This document shows positions 1-11,100 of a stretch of 64,000 nt of DNA, piece by piece. The notes below the pieces were generated by a model. The model did no database searches, was not told where the DNA came from, and saw nothing but the letters and a program-made list of their open reading frames with translations. Both the position numbers and the translations under genes were made by a program. The stretch covers positions 1,856,001 through 1,920,000 of the forward strand of contig CAWDXG010000001.1 of assembly GCA_963806225.1 (NCBI GenBank). Reading direction: 5' to 3'. The DNA is from an uncultured delta proteobacterium (lineage in GTDB: Bacteria; Myxococcota_A; Polyangia; Polyangiales; Polyangiaceae). Positions within the stretch are counted from its first letter, which is position 1. Each line of letters starts with the position of its first letter.

Positions 1-148
1 CGTGGACGTCGCGCGGCGAGTCGACGCACACGAGCGCGACGGCAGCCGCGAGCAGTGCCAGCATGGGCCGCGGGGCAAGCTGTCCGCGTCGGGCCTCCAC
101 GACTTCGTGCTCGCAGCGGGGAGGTGGAGTGGTGCGATGCTTGTTCAT
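1..148 (-). CDS. N-terminal part of a probable exported protein (runs off the window)
   Basis: ATG at 148 preceded by GGAG; reads MNKHRTTPP...MLALLAAAVALVCVDSPRDVH with a hydrophobic signal-like segment; no stop before position 1. Confidence 0.45.
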   Translation of the reverse strand, partial: MNKHRTTPPPRCEHEVVEARRGQLAPRPMLALLAAAVALVCVDSPRDVH

Positions 149-212
149 GGTGGGGTCTCCGGTGTCCCCCCCGATGTCCTGCGGGCCCCGGGAGCCGGGC
201 CGACGGGTGGCG

Positions 213-822
213 TCAATTGTCGCCGAACAGGTCGTGGATGCGCGAGTCGAGAGCGAGCGCGATCTTGTACAGGCTCGAGATCGACGGGCTCGATTCGGCG
301 CGTTCGATCTGGGAAAGGAGCGAGATGCTGAGGCCGGTGCGGCGGCTCATCTGCTTGAGCGTCAGCTCCTTTTCCTTGCGCATGGAGCGGATCGTATCGC
401 CGATGATCTTGTGCAGCTGCTCTTCGGGCGTGCGCGCGAGGCCCTTCTTCTTCATGACCCGCGCCAGCACGTCGCGGAACTCGTCGACATTGAACGGCTT
501 CTTGATGTAGTCGACGGCGTCGAGCTTCATCGACGCCACGGCGGTATCCAGGTTCGGGTGCGCGGTGAAGATGATCGACCGCGATGTCGCTGTCGATGCC
601 GCGGATGCGCCTGAGCACCTCGATGCCGTCGAGCTTGGGCATCATCAGGTCGAGGATGATGACGTGGTAGCTGCCCTGGCGGATCTCGTCTTCCACCAGG
701 GTCGGATCGCCGAGCGTCTTGACGGCGAAGCCGTCCTTCTCGAGCAGCGTCTGCATGTAATCGCAGATCGCGCGGTCGTCGTCGACGATAAGGATCCGGA
801 CGGCGGGGACTTCTATCGGCAC
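213..822 (-). CDS. Response regulator: receiver + XRE-type HTH (DigR-like), split by one frameshift near 575
   Basis: ORF 145..822 gives the receiver start (RILIVDDD...ILDLMMPKLDG); ORF 213..539 gives DYIKKPF plus an HTH_3-like LTLKQMSRRTGLSISLLSQIERAESSPS; same architecture as M. xanthus DigR. Confidence 0.85.
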
Positions 823-1138
823 GATTTGCCTCCTCGCACGGCCCGCGGGTTAGGCCGTGCCTTCGCATCCGGAACGCGCGGTTCCAGATTGCAGTGACAC
901 TACAATACCCGACTCTGGGCGTCTGTGGTGCACTTTCGACTGCGGCGCGGACGGGCACGCCCCGAGGACAAAAAAAGAGCAGCGACCGGAACGAGGGGGG
1001 GAGACGTTCCAGCCGCTGCTCGGAGAGAACACAGCGCCCCGTCGGAGGGGGGCACGAACGAGGCACTGTGCGGAGAACTTGGCAGCAGGGCGAGGGCAGG
1101 GGGGGGACCGCCACTCGACTGCCGCCGCGTAGGGAGAA

Positions 1139-1154
1139 TGCACGGCGCATGCCA
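1139..1154 (-). promoter_or_regulatory. Putative sigma54 (-24/-12) promoter for the DigR-like gene
   Basis: Minus strand reads TGGCATG-CGCC-GTGCA, close to TGGCACG-N4-TTGCW with correct GG/GC spacing. Confidence 0.4.
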
Positions 1155-1361
1155 GCACAGAACGGCCACGGTTTGGGCACTTGCGTACGGTACGGGCGCT
1201 CCGCTTCGCAGATCTGAAATCAGTCTTTCAGCAACGACAGGAGCAGTTGCCGCAACGCGCCCCGGCCACGGCGAGGTTGCTGCGTCCTGGTCCGGCGTTA
1301 CTTTCCGTCCGACAGGACCCGGTCCGGTCGGACGACCGGGGCCGGTCCCGTCTGGACTCCC

Positions 1362-3266
1362 ATGCGCGACCCCCCGAGCGGAAACGGTTCCGCGAGTGCC
1401 GCGCCGCCCAGCGGTCGCTATCTGCTGACGCTGTGCCTTGCGTCCGCCGGCATCGTCTACGGCGACATCGGCACGAGCCCGCTCTACGCGTTGCGCGAGT
1501 GCTTCCGCGGCGAGCACGCCGTGCCGGCAACGCACGACAACATCCTCGGCGTGGTGTCGCTGATCCTGTGGTCGCTCACCCTGGTCATTTCCATCAAGTA
1601 CCTGGCGTACGTCATGCGCGCGGACAACAAGGGGGAGGGCGGCATCCTGGCGCTGATGGCGCTCGCGCAGTCACAGGAACGCGGCGGGCGGCATGTCCGG
1701 CGCGTGGTGCTCCTTCTGGGTCTGTTCGGCGCTGCGCTGCTGTACGGCGACGGCATGATCACGCCCGCGATATCGGTGCTCAGCGCCGTGGAGGGCCTGC
1801 GCATCGCAGCCCCGTCGCTGTCGAGCTACGTCGAGCCGATCACGATCGCGATCCTGATCGGTCTATTCTGGATCCAGCGTCGGGGGACGGCCCGGGTGGG
1901 CGCCATTTTCGGCCCCGTCATGCTGCTGTGGTTTTCCATGCTCGCCGTGCTCGGCGTCGGGTACATCGCGCGGCGGCCCGACGTGCTGGTGGGTCTGAGC
2001 CCCGGCTACGGCGCCGCGTTCCTGATCCGGCACAAGCTGCACGGCCTGTTGGTGCTGGGGGCCGTGTTCCTCGTCGTTACCGGCGGCGAAGCGCTGTACG
2101 CCGACATGGGGCACTTCGGACCGCGGCCGATCCGCTTGACGTGGTTCGGACTGGTGCTGCCGGCCCTGGTCATCAACTACTTCGGCCAGGGGGCGCTGCT
2201 GCTCGAAAGCCCCGCTGCGGCGGAGAACCCGTTCTACCGCATGGTGCCCTCGTGGGCTCTGTACCCCATGGTTGCACTCGCGACGCTGGCCACCGTCATC
2301 GCATCGCAGGCCGTGATCTCGGGAGCCTATTCGCTCACCCGCCAGGCGATGATGCTCGGCTTCCTGCCGCGCTTGCGCCTCCGGCACACCTCCGCCCGCG
2401 AGATAGGGCAGATCTACGCGCCCTCGACCAACTGGGTGCTGATGTTCGCCACGATCGGTCTGGTGCTGGGGTTCCGCTCCTCGTCCAACCTGGCGGCGGC
2501 CTACGGGGTCGCCGTGACCACGACCATGGTCATCACGACGCTGCTGGCGTGGATCGTGGCGCGGCGGCTGTGGGGCTGGAGCGTGTGGGCTGCGAGCGGT
2601 GCGACGCTGCTGTTCCTGGTGCCGGACCTGGCGTTCTTCTCCGCCAACCTGGTCAAGATCGAGCAGGGCGGCTGGTTTCCGCTGCTGGTTGCGATGGGCG
2701 TGTTCACGTTGATGACGACGTGGCAGCGGGGGCGCAGCCTGCTCGGGGAGCGCATCCGCGCGAACATCGTGCCGCTTGTCGATCTGTACGAGCTCATCCG
2801 CGTGGAGCGGCCGGCGCGCGTCCCCGGCACCGCCGTGTTCATGACCAGCAACGCCGAGGGCACGCCGCCCGCGCTGATGCACAACTTCAGACACAACCGT
2901 GTCCTGCACGAGCAGAACGTGCTCTTGACGATCGTGACGGAGGAGGTGTCGCGCGTCTCGCCCGGAGAACGGCTGACCGTCCAGCAGCTCGAAGAGGGGT
3001 TTCTGCGCGTGGTGGCGCGCTACGGGTTCATGGAGGAAGCGGACATTCCCGCGCTGCTCGCCGGCGACGCGATTCCCGGCTGCGCAGCTCCGCATACGAC
3101 GTTCTTCCTCGGTCGCGAGACGCTGCTGGCCGCCGGAGGCGCGGGCATGTCGCGCTGGCGCGAATCGCTCTTCGCCGTCATGAGCAGGAACGCCCAGCGC
3201 GCGACGGCTTTCTACAACATCCCGCCCGACCAGGTGATGGAGATCGGCGCGCAGATCGAGTTGTAG
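1362..3266 (+). CDS. kup: Potassium transporter Kup (KUP/HAK/KT family)
   Basis: GIVYGDIGTSPLYA, DNKGEGGILAL, YGDGMITPAISVLSAVEG, GGEALYADMGHFG motifs; 634 aa, multi-TM. Confidence 0.97.
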   Translation: MRDPPSGNGSASAAPPSGRYLLTLCLASAGIVYGDIGTSPLYALRECFRGEHAVPATHDNILGVVSLILWSLTLVISIKYLAYVMRADNKGEGGILALMALAQSQERGGRHVRRVVLLLGLFGAALLYGDGMITPAISVLSAVEGLRIAAPSLSSYVEPITIAILIGLFWIQRRGTARVGAIFGPVMLLWFSMLAVLGVGYIARRPDVLVGLSPGYGAAFLIRHKLHGLLVLGAVFLVVTGGEALYADMGHFGPRPIRLTWFGLVLPALVINYFGQGALLLESPAAAENPFYRMVPSWALYPMVALATLATVIASQAVISGAYSLTRQAMMLGFLPRLRLRHTSAREIGQIYAPSTNWVLMFATIGLVLGFRSSSNLAAAYGVAVTTTMVITTLLAWIVARRLWGWSVWAASGATLLFLVPDLAFFSANLVKIEQGGWFPLLVAMGVFTLMTTWQRGRSLLGERIRANIVPLVDLYELIRVERPARVPGTAVFMTSNAEGTPPALMHNFRHNRVLHEQNVLLTIVTEEVSRVSPGERLTVQQLEEGFLRVVARYGFMEEADIPALLAGDAIPGCAAPHTTFFLGRETLLAAGGAGMSRWRESLFAVMSRNAQRATAFYNIPPDQVMEIGAQIEL

Positions 3267-3267
3267 C

Positions 3268-3373
3268 TGGGGTGCCCACCCCCGCTGCGCTGGGCCCTGC
3301 GGGCCCTCGCGCAGCTTGCCCCTCCCAAATCCGTGCTCGCGCCCTCCGGGCGCTGCGCGCGGATGGGAGGGGC
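3268..3373. repeat. Triple-hairpin palindromic (REP/MITE-like) element
   Basis: GGGGT-GCCC-ACCCC; GCTGCGC.GGGCCC-TGC-GGGCCC..GCGCAGC; GCCCCTCCC...GCGCCC-TCC-GGGCGC...GGGAGGGGC in series right after the kup stop. Confidence 0.6.
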
Positions 3374-3461
3374 CGTCCGCTGCGCCTGGCCGATCGGTTG
3401 GGTTGTTCCAACGGGAAGTGTGGTTCCTGCGTGCAGTGTCGGCGGGGGCGATGCTTCTCTG

Positions 3462-3524
3462 CCTTTGCTGCGGCTCGCGGCTGGCCTTCAGGGGGTGAAG
3501 GCCGGCCGCGAGCCGCAGCAAAGG
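3462..3524 (+). promoter_or_regulatory. 29-bp stem hairpin overlapping the RBS of the DUF559 gene
   Basis: CCTTTGCTGCGGCTCGCGGCTGGCCTTCA-GGGGG-TGAAGGCCGGCCGCGAGCCGCAGCAAAGG; a single T.G pair; AAGGAG at 3521-3526, ATG at 3533. Confidence 0.85.
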
Positions 3525-3532
3525 AGAACATC

Positions 3533-3919
3533 ATGCATCGCACCAACAGTCCCTTCAGCCAGCGGAGCCGGTCCAAGCGCGCGGCGGTGCTCGCCGAGCG
3601 CGCGCGGGAGATGCGGGCTCTGCCCACGTGGGGCGAGGCGCGGTTGTGGCATGAGCTGCGCGGCAGCCGGCTTGGTGTCGCGTTCCGGCGTCAGCTCGTC
3701 ATCGGTCGTTACATCGCGGACTTCGCCGCTCCTTCGGTGCGGCTGGTCGTCGAGGTGGACGGTGGCTACCACGCCGCGTGCGCTGTGCGGGATGCTCGCA
3801 GGGACCGCGCGCTCGCTCGGGCAGGCTATCGCGTGCTCAGGCTGGAGGATGAACTCGTCCAGCGCCGTATGCCAGAAGCGGTCACAGGTATTCGTGCGGC
3901 GGTGGACACGCTGCGCTGA
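3533..3919 (+). CDS. DUF559 / Vsr-like PD-(D/E)XK endonuclease domain protein (128 aa)
   Basis: 3' end of ORF 1181..3919 from ATG 3533 with RBS AAGGAG: AREMR..PTWGEARLWHELR...FRRQLVIGRYIADF...LVVEVDGGYH...DARRDRAL...GYRVLR. Confidence 0.9.
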   Translation: MHRTNSPFSQRSRSKRAAVLAERAREMRALPTWGEARLWHELRGSRLGVAFRRQLVIGRYIADFAAPSVRLVVEVDGGYHAACAVRDARRDRALARAGYRVLRLEDELVQRRMPEAVTGIRAAVDTLR

Positions 3920-3926
3920 GCGCGGC

Positions 3927-4015
3927 AGGCACTACCCCGGACTCTAGCGACGCGAGTCGCTGATGGAAGCAACGTTCGGGGGTGGATGGCGATGCCCTGC
4001 ACCCGGGTAGTGCCT
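3927..4015. terminator. Inverted repeat between the two convergent genes (possible bidirectional terminator or element junction)
   Basis: AGGCACTACCC (3927-3937) pairs with GGGTAGTGCCT (4005-4015); internal AGCGAC-GCGA-GTCGCT hairpin. Confidence 0.45.
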
Positions 4016-4022
4016 TGGCCGT

Positions 4023-4757
<735 letters not shown>

Positions 4758-4818
4758 CTATCCTGTCAGACCCGCTCTTGATCGGGGGCAGGGCCGAGCG
4801 TAAGGACGTGGGACGCCG

Positions 4819-7800
4819 ATGTTCGTCCACCGCAGCAATCGCCTGGAAGAGCTCGTAGGTGTGCTCGCGGAGGTGGCCGGGCGTCCCCTGGGCGGCGCGC
4901 TCCAGCCCGAGGTGATCGTTGTCCAGAGCAAGGGCATGGAGCGCTGGCTCGGCATGGAGCTGTCGCGGCGGCTCGGCGTTTGGTCGAACGGGCTGTTCCC
5001 GTTTCCCCGTGCGCTTGTCGAGGAACTGCTCGACGCAGTGCTCGCTGACGGCGGTGCGGAGCGCTTCTCGCGCGAGGGGCTCGCATGGGCCGTGTCGGCG
5101 CTGCTCCCCGGGCTCGCGCGCCGGCCGGGGTTCGCCCCCGTCGCGAGCTATCTCGACGACGACCCGCACGGGCTCAAACGCCTCCAGCTCTCGCAGCGCG
5201 TCGCCTACCTGTTCGATCAGTACGCCGTCTTCCGCCCGGAAATGGTGCATCGGAGTGGGAGCGCGGCGGCGGCGACGGCTGGCAAGCCGAGCTCTGGTGC
5301 GCACTGGTCGAGCGGCTTGGCTCCGCCCACGTCGCGGCGCGCGCCGAGCGGTTCCTCGCGGCCTGGCAAGGGCTCGACGAGCTGCCGGCGGCCGTTCCGC
5401 GGCGCATCTCCGTGTTCGGGATCTCGTCGCTGCCGCCCATCTACGTGCGCCTGCTCGCGGCCGTGGCAGAGCGCGTGGAGCTGCACCTGTTCCTGCTCAG
5501 CCCGTCGCGCGAGTACTGGGCGGAGATCCGCTCCGAGCGCGAAACGCTGCGCTCGCTGCGCGACGGCACCGGGCTCGTTGATCGCGAGCAGCAACACCTC
5601 GAGCAGGGCAACGCGATTCTGGCCTCGCTCGGCCGCGCGGGGCGCGACTTCCAGCGCGTGCTCGAGGCGCTCGACGACTACCAGGAGACCGAGCGCGACC
5701 TGTACCGGGATCCGGGAACGGGCAGCACCCTGACCGCGCTGCAGTCGGACATGCTCGCGCTCCGCCGCCGCGCTCCGGGCTCGACGCCGCTGCCACTGGA
5801 GCTCGACGACGGAGCCATAGCCGTGCACGCCTGCCACAGCCCGATGCGCGAGGTGCAGGTGCTGCACGATCAGCTGCTCGCGTCTGTTCGAATCCGACCC
5901 GTCGCTGGAGCCGCGCGACGTGGTCGTGATGATGCCGGATGTCGAAGCCTACGCGCCGCTGGTCGACGCGGTGTTCGGTGGCACGGGGGCGGGGCCCGGA
6001 CGCGTTCCGTATCGCATTGCCGACCGCACGCGGCGTTCGGGCAGCGCGGTGACGGAGGCGTTCCTTTCGATCCTGGCCTTCGCGGGAGGGCGAGCACGCG
6101 CCAGCGAGGTGCTGGATCTGCTGCAGCTCCAGCCCGTCCGCGCGAGGTTCGGGATCCGCGCAGCGGGGAGCTTTCACTGGTCTCGCGCTGGGTGCACGAC
6201 GCCGGCGTGCGCTGGGCGGTGGATGCAGACGACCGCGTGCGCGCCGGCCAACCCGCCTACGACGAGAACACCTGGCGCTTCGGGCTCGAAGCGGCTCCTG
6301 CTCGGCTATGCCATGCCCGGTTCGGGCGTGTTCGAGGACGTGCTGCCCTTCGACGACATGGAAGGCAGCGAGGTGGAGCTCGTCGGCCAGCTTGCAGAGC
6401 TCGCCGAGCGCTTGTTTGCGTGGAGGAAACGGCTGGCCGAACCGCGCACGCCCGCCGGGTGGCAGGGCGCGCTCGGTCTGTTGCTCGACGAGATGATCAC
6501 CGTACCACGATCACGACGCCTGGCAGCTGCAGCTCGTGCGCGACGCACTGGCGGCGCTCGCCGACACGTCTGCCGCGGCCGGTTTCGAGGAACGCGTCGA
6601 GCTAGATGTCGTGCGTACGCTGCTCGAGCAGGCGTTCGAACAGGAGCGCACGACGCACGATTTCCTGGCCGGCGGCGTGACGTTCTGCGCGATGCTGCCG
6701 ATGCGCAGTATTCCGTTCCGGGTCGTGTGCCTGATCGGGATGAACGATGGTGACTTTCCGCGCGTGAATCGCCAGCAGAGCTTCGACCTGATGGCGCTGC
6801 ACCCGCGCCCGGGTGACCGCAATCCGCGCGAGGAGGACCGCTACCTCTTTCTCGAGGCTCTGCTCTCGGCCCGCGAGCGGCTGATCGTCAGCTACGTGGG
6901 CCGTGGCATCCAGGACAACGGCGTGCGCCCGCCTTCGGTGGTGGTCGGCGAGCTCATCGATGCGCTGGTCGGCTCCTTCTCGATCGACCGCCAGCGATTC
7001 GTCGCTCGAGCACCCGCTGCAGCCGTTCAGCCCGGGCTACTTCCGCCCGGACCGCGATCCGCGGCTGTTCAGCTATGGCGTGGACGAATCCGAGGGGGCG
7101 CGCGCGCTCGTCCGGGAGCAGCACGACGTGCCGCCGTTCCAGAGCGCTCTTCTGCCACCGGTGGACGCGGGGCAGCGAGGCGTGGACATCGGCGAGCTCG
7201 CGCGCTTCTTCGAGAACCCCGCGCGGGGGCTGTTGCAGAGCCGGCTGGGGCTGGTGCTCGACCGCGATTCGGTGCTGGTCGAGGACCGCGAGCCCATCGA
7301 GCTCGACCCTCTCCAGCGCCACAGGATCGGCGCAGCGTTGCTCGACCAGGCACTGGACGGCGGCTCGCTCGACGACGGACTCCAGCGCACGCGCGCCGGC
7401 GGTGTACTGCCGCTCGGCATGCCGGGGGCGCTCGAGTACGCGGCGATCGAGGCGCAGGCACTGCAGATCGCACTCGAGACGCGTCGCTTCCGCGAAGGCG
7501 GCCGACTGCCGCCGCTGGAGCTGGATCTGGAGCTCGGTGGGACGCGTCTCGGCGGCGCGCTCGGCGAGCTGTGGCAGCGTGCGCAGCTCCGGGTGCAGTA
7601 CTCGAAAGTCAGGCCACGCCAGCGACTCTCGCTGTGGGTGCGGCACCTGGCGCTGCAGCTCGTCGCGCCGGATGGGTATCCGCGCCACAGCGTCATCGTG
7701 GGGCGCGCGTCGGACGGCGCCGCGAGCGTGTTCCAGCTCGTGCCGGTCGAGGCTGGGCGCGCGCGCGAGCTTCTGTCCGGGCTCGTCGAGCTGTACTGGC

Positions 7801-8106
7801 TCGGACAACGCGCGGCGCTGGGACTGTTTCCGGAGGCGTCGAGCACGTACGTCGAGGAGCTGGCGAAGCACGCGGGCGAGCCGGACGCGCCGCGCGAAGC
7901 GCGGCGCAGGGCGGATCAAGCGTTCAATGCCAGGACCGGCGGCGCCGAAGCGGACAACGCCTACATCCAGCGCGCCTTCGACGGACACGAGCCGCTCGCG
8001 CTGGAGCCGCCGTTCGGCGACGAGCTCGCCCTGCCGGGCTTCGCCGAGCTGGCCCAGCGCGTGTTCGAACCGATGTTCGACTTCGTGGCGGAGGGCGGAC
8101 GCATGA
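4819..8106 (+). CDS. recC: Exodeoxyribonuclease V gamma subunit RecC (several frameshifts between about 5250 and 7010)
   Basis: MFVHRSNRLEEL, VVQSKGMERWL, HACHSPMREVQVLHDQL, TFCAMLPMRSIPFRVVCLIGMNDGDFPR, HPLQPFS across ORFs 4819, 5085, 5920, 6536, 6903; probable stop TGA 8104-8106 overlapping the recB ATG. Confidence 0.9.
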
Positions 8107-11100
8107 AAGAGCTCGACCCGCTCCGCGTCGGGCTCGATGGCACGCAGCTCATCGAGGCGAGTGCCGGCACGGGCAAGACGTACACGATAACGACGCTGGT
8201 GCTGCGGCTGCTGCTCGAACGCCGGCTGCCGATCGAGAAGATCCTGGTCGTGACCTTCACCAACGCCGCCACGGCGGAGCTGCGTGAGCGCGTACGTCGG
8301 CGCATCCGCGAAGCGGCGGACGCGTTCGAGGCCCGCGCCCGCGGCGAGGTCGTGAAGGACGAGCTCCTGCAAGCGCTGGTCGACCGCAGCCCCGACCCGT
8401 CCGTCGCGCTCTCGCTGCTGCTCGAGGCCCTGCGTGGAGTGGACGAAGCGGCCATCTCGACCATCCACGGCTTCTGCCAGCGCGTGCTCGCCGAGCACGC
8501 GTTCGAGAGCAACGTGCGCTTCGACATGGAGCTCGTGCAGGATCAGACGCCGCTCGTTTCGGAGTTGGTGGAGGATTTCTGGGGCAGCCGCCTCTCCGGT
8601 GCGAGCGAGGCCGAGCTCCGCTTCCTGTCGACGTCGAAGGTGCGTCTGGACAGCTTCCGCCGTCTGGCGTGGCTGGCCGTGAAATGGCCGGAGATGCCGG
8701 TGGTTCCGCCCGCCCCCGCGGCGGATGCGGACGCGGCGGTGCAGGCCTACGTGGAGGCCCGCGCCCGCGCGCTGGAGGCATGGGACGCCGATCAGGTGGA
8801 AGCGCTGCTGTCGGAGGGGCTCGACGGGCGCAGCTATCGCAGGACGTGGGTCGAGAAGTGGTGCCACGAGCTCGACCAGGTGCTGCGCGAGCCGCGTGCC
8901 GTGGTCGATGCCTTCAAGATGTTGGACCGCTTCACGCCGACGAAGCTCGAAGAGGCGGCCAAGGGCGAGCCGCCGCTCCACCCGTTCTTCGTCCGCGCCG
9001 CGGAGCTGCTCGCGGCGCGGGAGAGCGCCGCGCGCGAGCTGTCGTCGTGGTGGCTTGCGCTGCAGCACGAGTTCGTCGACTACGCGCGGAGCGAGCTGTC
9101 GCGCCGCAAGCAGGAGCGTGGCGTGCAGTCCTTCGACGATCTGCTCCAGGGTCTCGCGGGCGCGCTGGAACGGCCGGAGGGCGAGGAGCTGGCGGCCCGC
9201 ATCCGCTCGCGGCTCCCCGCTGCGCTGATCGACGAGTTCCAGGACACCGACCCGGTGCAGTACCGCATCTTCCACAAGCTGTACTCGACGCCTGGCTCGT
9301 CGCTGCTGTTGATCGGCGACCCGAAGCAGGCGATCTACGCCTTCCGCGGTGCGGACGTGTTCGCCTACCTGGGCGCTGTACGGGACGCTGGAGAGCGCGT
9401 GCACACGCTCGCCACCAACTACCGCTCCGAGCCGGGCTTGATCCGCGCGGTCAACACCATCTTTTCCCGGGCGCACTCGCCGTTCCTGCTCGACGGCATC
9501 GGCTTCTCGCCGGTGCGCGCGCGCCCAGAAGCGCACGACGAGCTCGTGCCGCCGCGCCCGGCGCTCGGCATCCTGTTCGTCCCGCGCGCGGGCCGTTCCG
9601 GAAAGAAGAAGGACAAGATCGTCAGCGACTGGTACCAGCACAAGCTACCTCGGGTCGTCGCGGCGGACATCGCGCGGCTGCTCGCCGAGCGGCCTCTGCT
9701 CGAGGGGCGGCCACTGGGGTCCGGCGACATCGCCGTCTTGACGCGCACCAACGCGCAGGCGCGGGAAATCCAGGCAGCGCTCGCAGCGCTGCGCATTCCG
9801 GCCGTGCTCCACGGTGACTCGAGCGTGCTCGATTCGGTGGAAGCGGAAGAGATCGGCCACGTGATGGCCGCCATGGCGGATCCGTCAAACTCCACGCGCC
9901 TGCGCGCCGCGCTCACGACCCATCTGTTCGGGTTGGGCGCGGAGGAGCTGTTCCGCCTCGGCGAGCACGAGGACGAGCTCGACCGCTGGCTCGGTCGCTT
10001 CGTCGGCTGGCACGAGGAGTGGCAGAGCGCGGGTTTCGTCCAGTCGTTCCACCGCATGCTGCGCGAAGCGGGAGTGAGCGCCCGGCTGCTCGCCCTGGTC
10101 GACGGCGAGCGGCGGCTGACGAACGTGCTGCACCTGGTGGAGCTGTTGCACCGGGCGGCGACGGGCGGGCACCTGGGCATCGCGGGGCTCGTCGCGTGGT
10201 TCGACGAAGTGCGGGAGGACGAGGAAGCGCGCCGCGGCCTCGCGCCGGACAGCGCGCAGATCCGGCTGGAGAGCGACCGGGACGCCGTGCAGCTCACCAC
10301 CATGCACAAGAGCAAGGGGCTCGAATACGCCGTCGTGTACTGCCCGTACCTGTGGGCTTCCACGGAGCTCCGCCCCGGCGCACGCGAGCACCTGTGCTTC
10401 CACGATCCGGAGGACGGCTTCCGGCTCAAGCTCGATCTCCGCTCGAAGGAGCAGAAAGCGGAGCGCATCGAGCAGGCCAACCGCGAGGCACTGGCGGAAG
10501 GGCTCCGGCTCGCCTATGTGGCGCTGACGCGCGCGAAGCACCGCGCGGTGATGGTGTGGGGAGCGTTCAACGGCGGGGAGAACTGCCCACTGGCCTGGCT
10601 TCTGCACCAGCCGGCCGAAGCCGGCCCGCACTTCTCGGCGAAGCAGCGCGTGCATCTCGGCGACGATCACGCTCTCCGCGCGGATCTGGCGCGGCTCGTG
10701 GACGCGTCGGACGGCGCGATCGAGGTCTTCGATGTCGATGAATCGCCGGCGCCGCCCCACCAGGCCGACGGGGACGCCGAGCCGGAGCTCGAGGCGCGCC
10801 GGGCCGCGCGTCTGCTCGATCGCGGCTATCGCAACTCGAGCTTCTCGGCGCTGGCCGCGACCGCCGGAGTGCCGCTGCCGGTGCCGGCCGCGGAGGGGCG
10901 TGACCGCGACGAGCTCGCTCTGGGGGCGGCGCTACCCCCGGCGCCGCCGGCCCCGGACGGCGAGCGCGTGCTGCTCCACGATTTCCCGCGCGGAGCCAAG
11001 CCCGGCGATCTGCTGCACGGGATCCTCGAGCGGCTGGACTTCCAGGTGCGAGACGAAGCGGAAATCGCCCGCCTGGTCGGCAGCCTGCTCGGACGGCATG

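Noticed and set aside
1200..1361. c-di-AMP (ydaO) riboswitch upstream of kup
   Set aside because: The conserved GCTGAAT, GGGGNNAAT and CAGCTAAC segments are not recognisable.
1181..3919. 912-aa ORF as a single protein
   Set aside because: It is an off-frame overlay of kup; only the last 128 aa from ATG 3533, with its own RBS, form a recognisable DUF559 protein.
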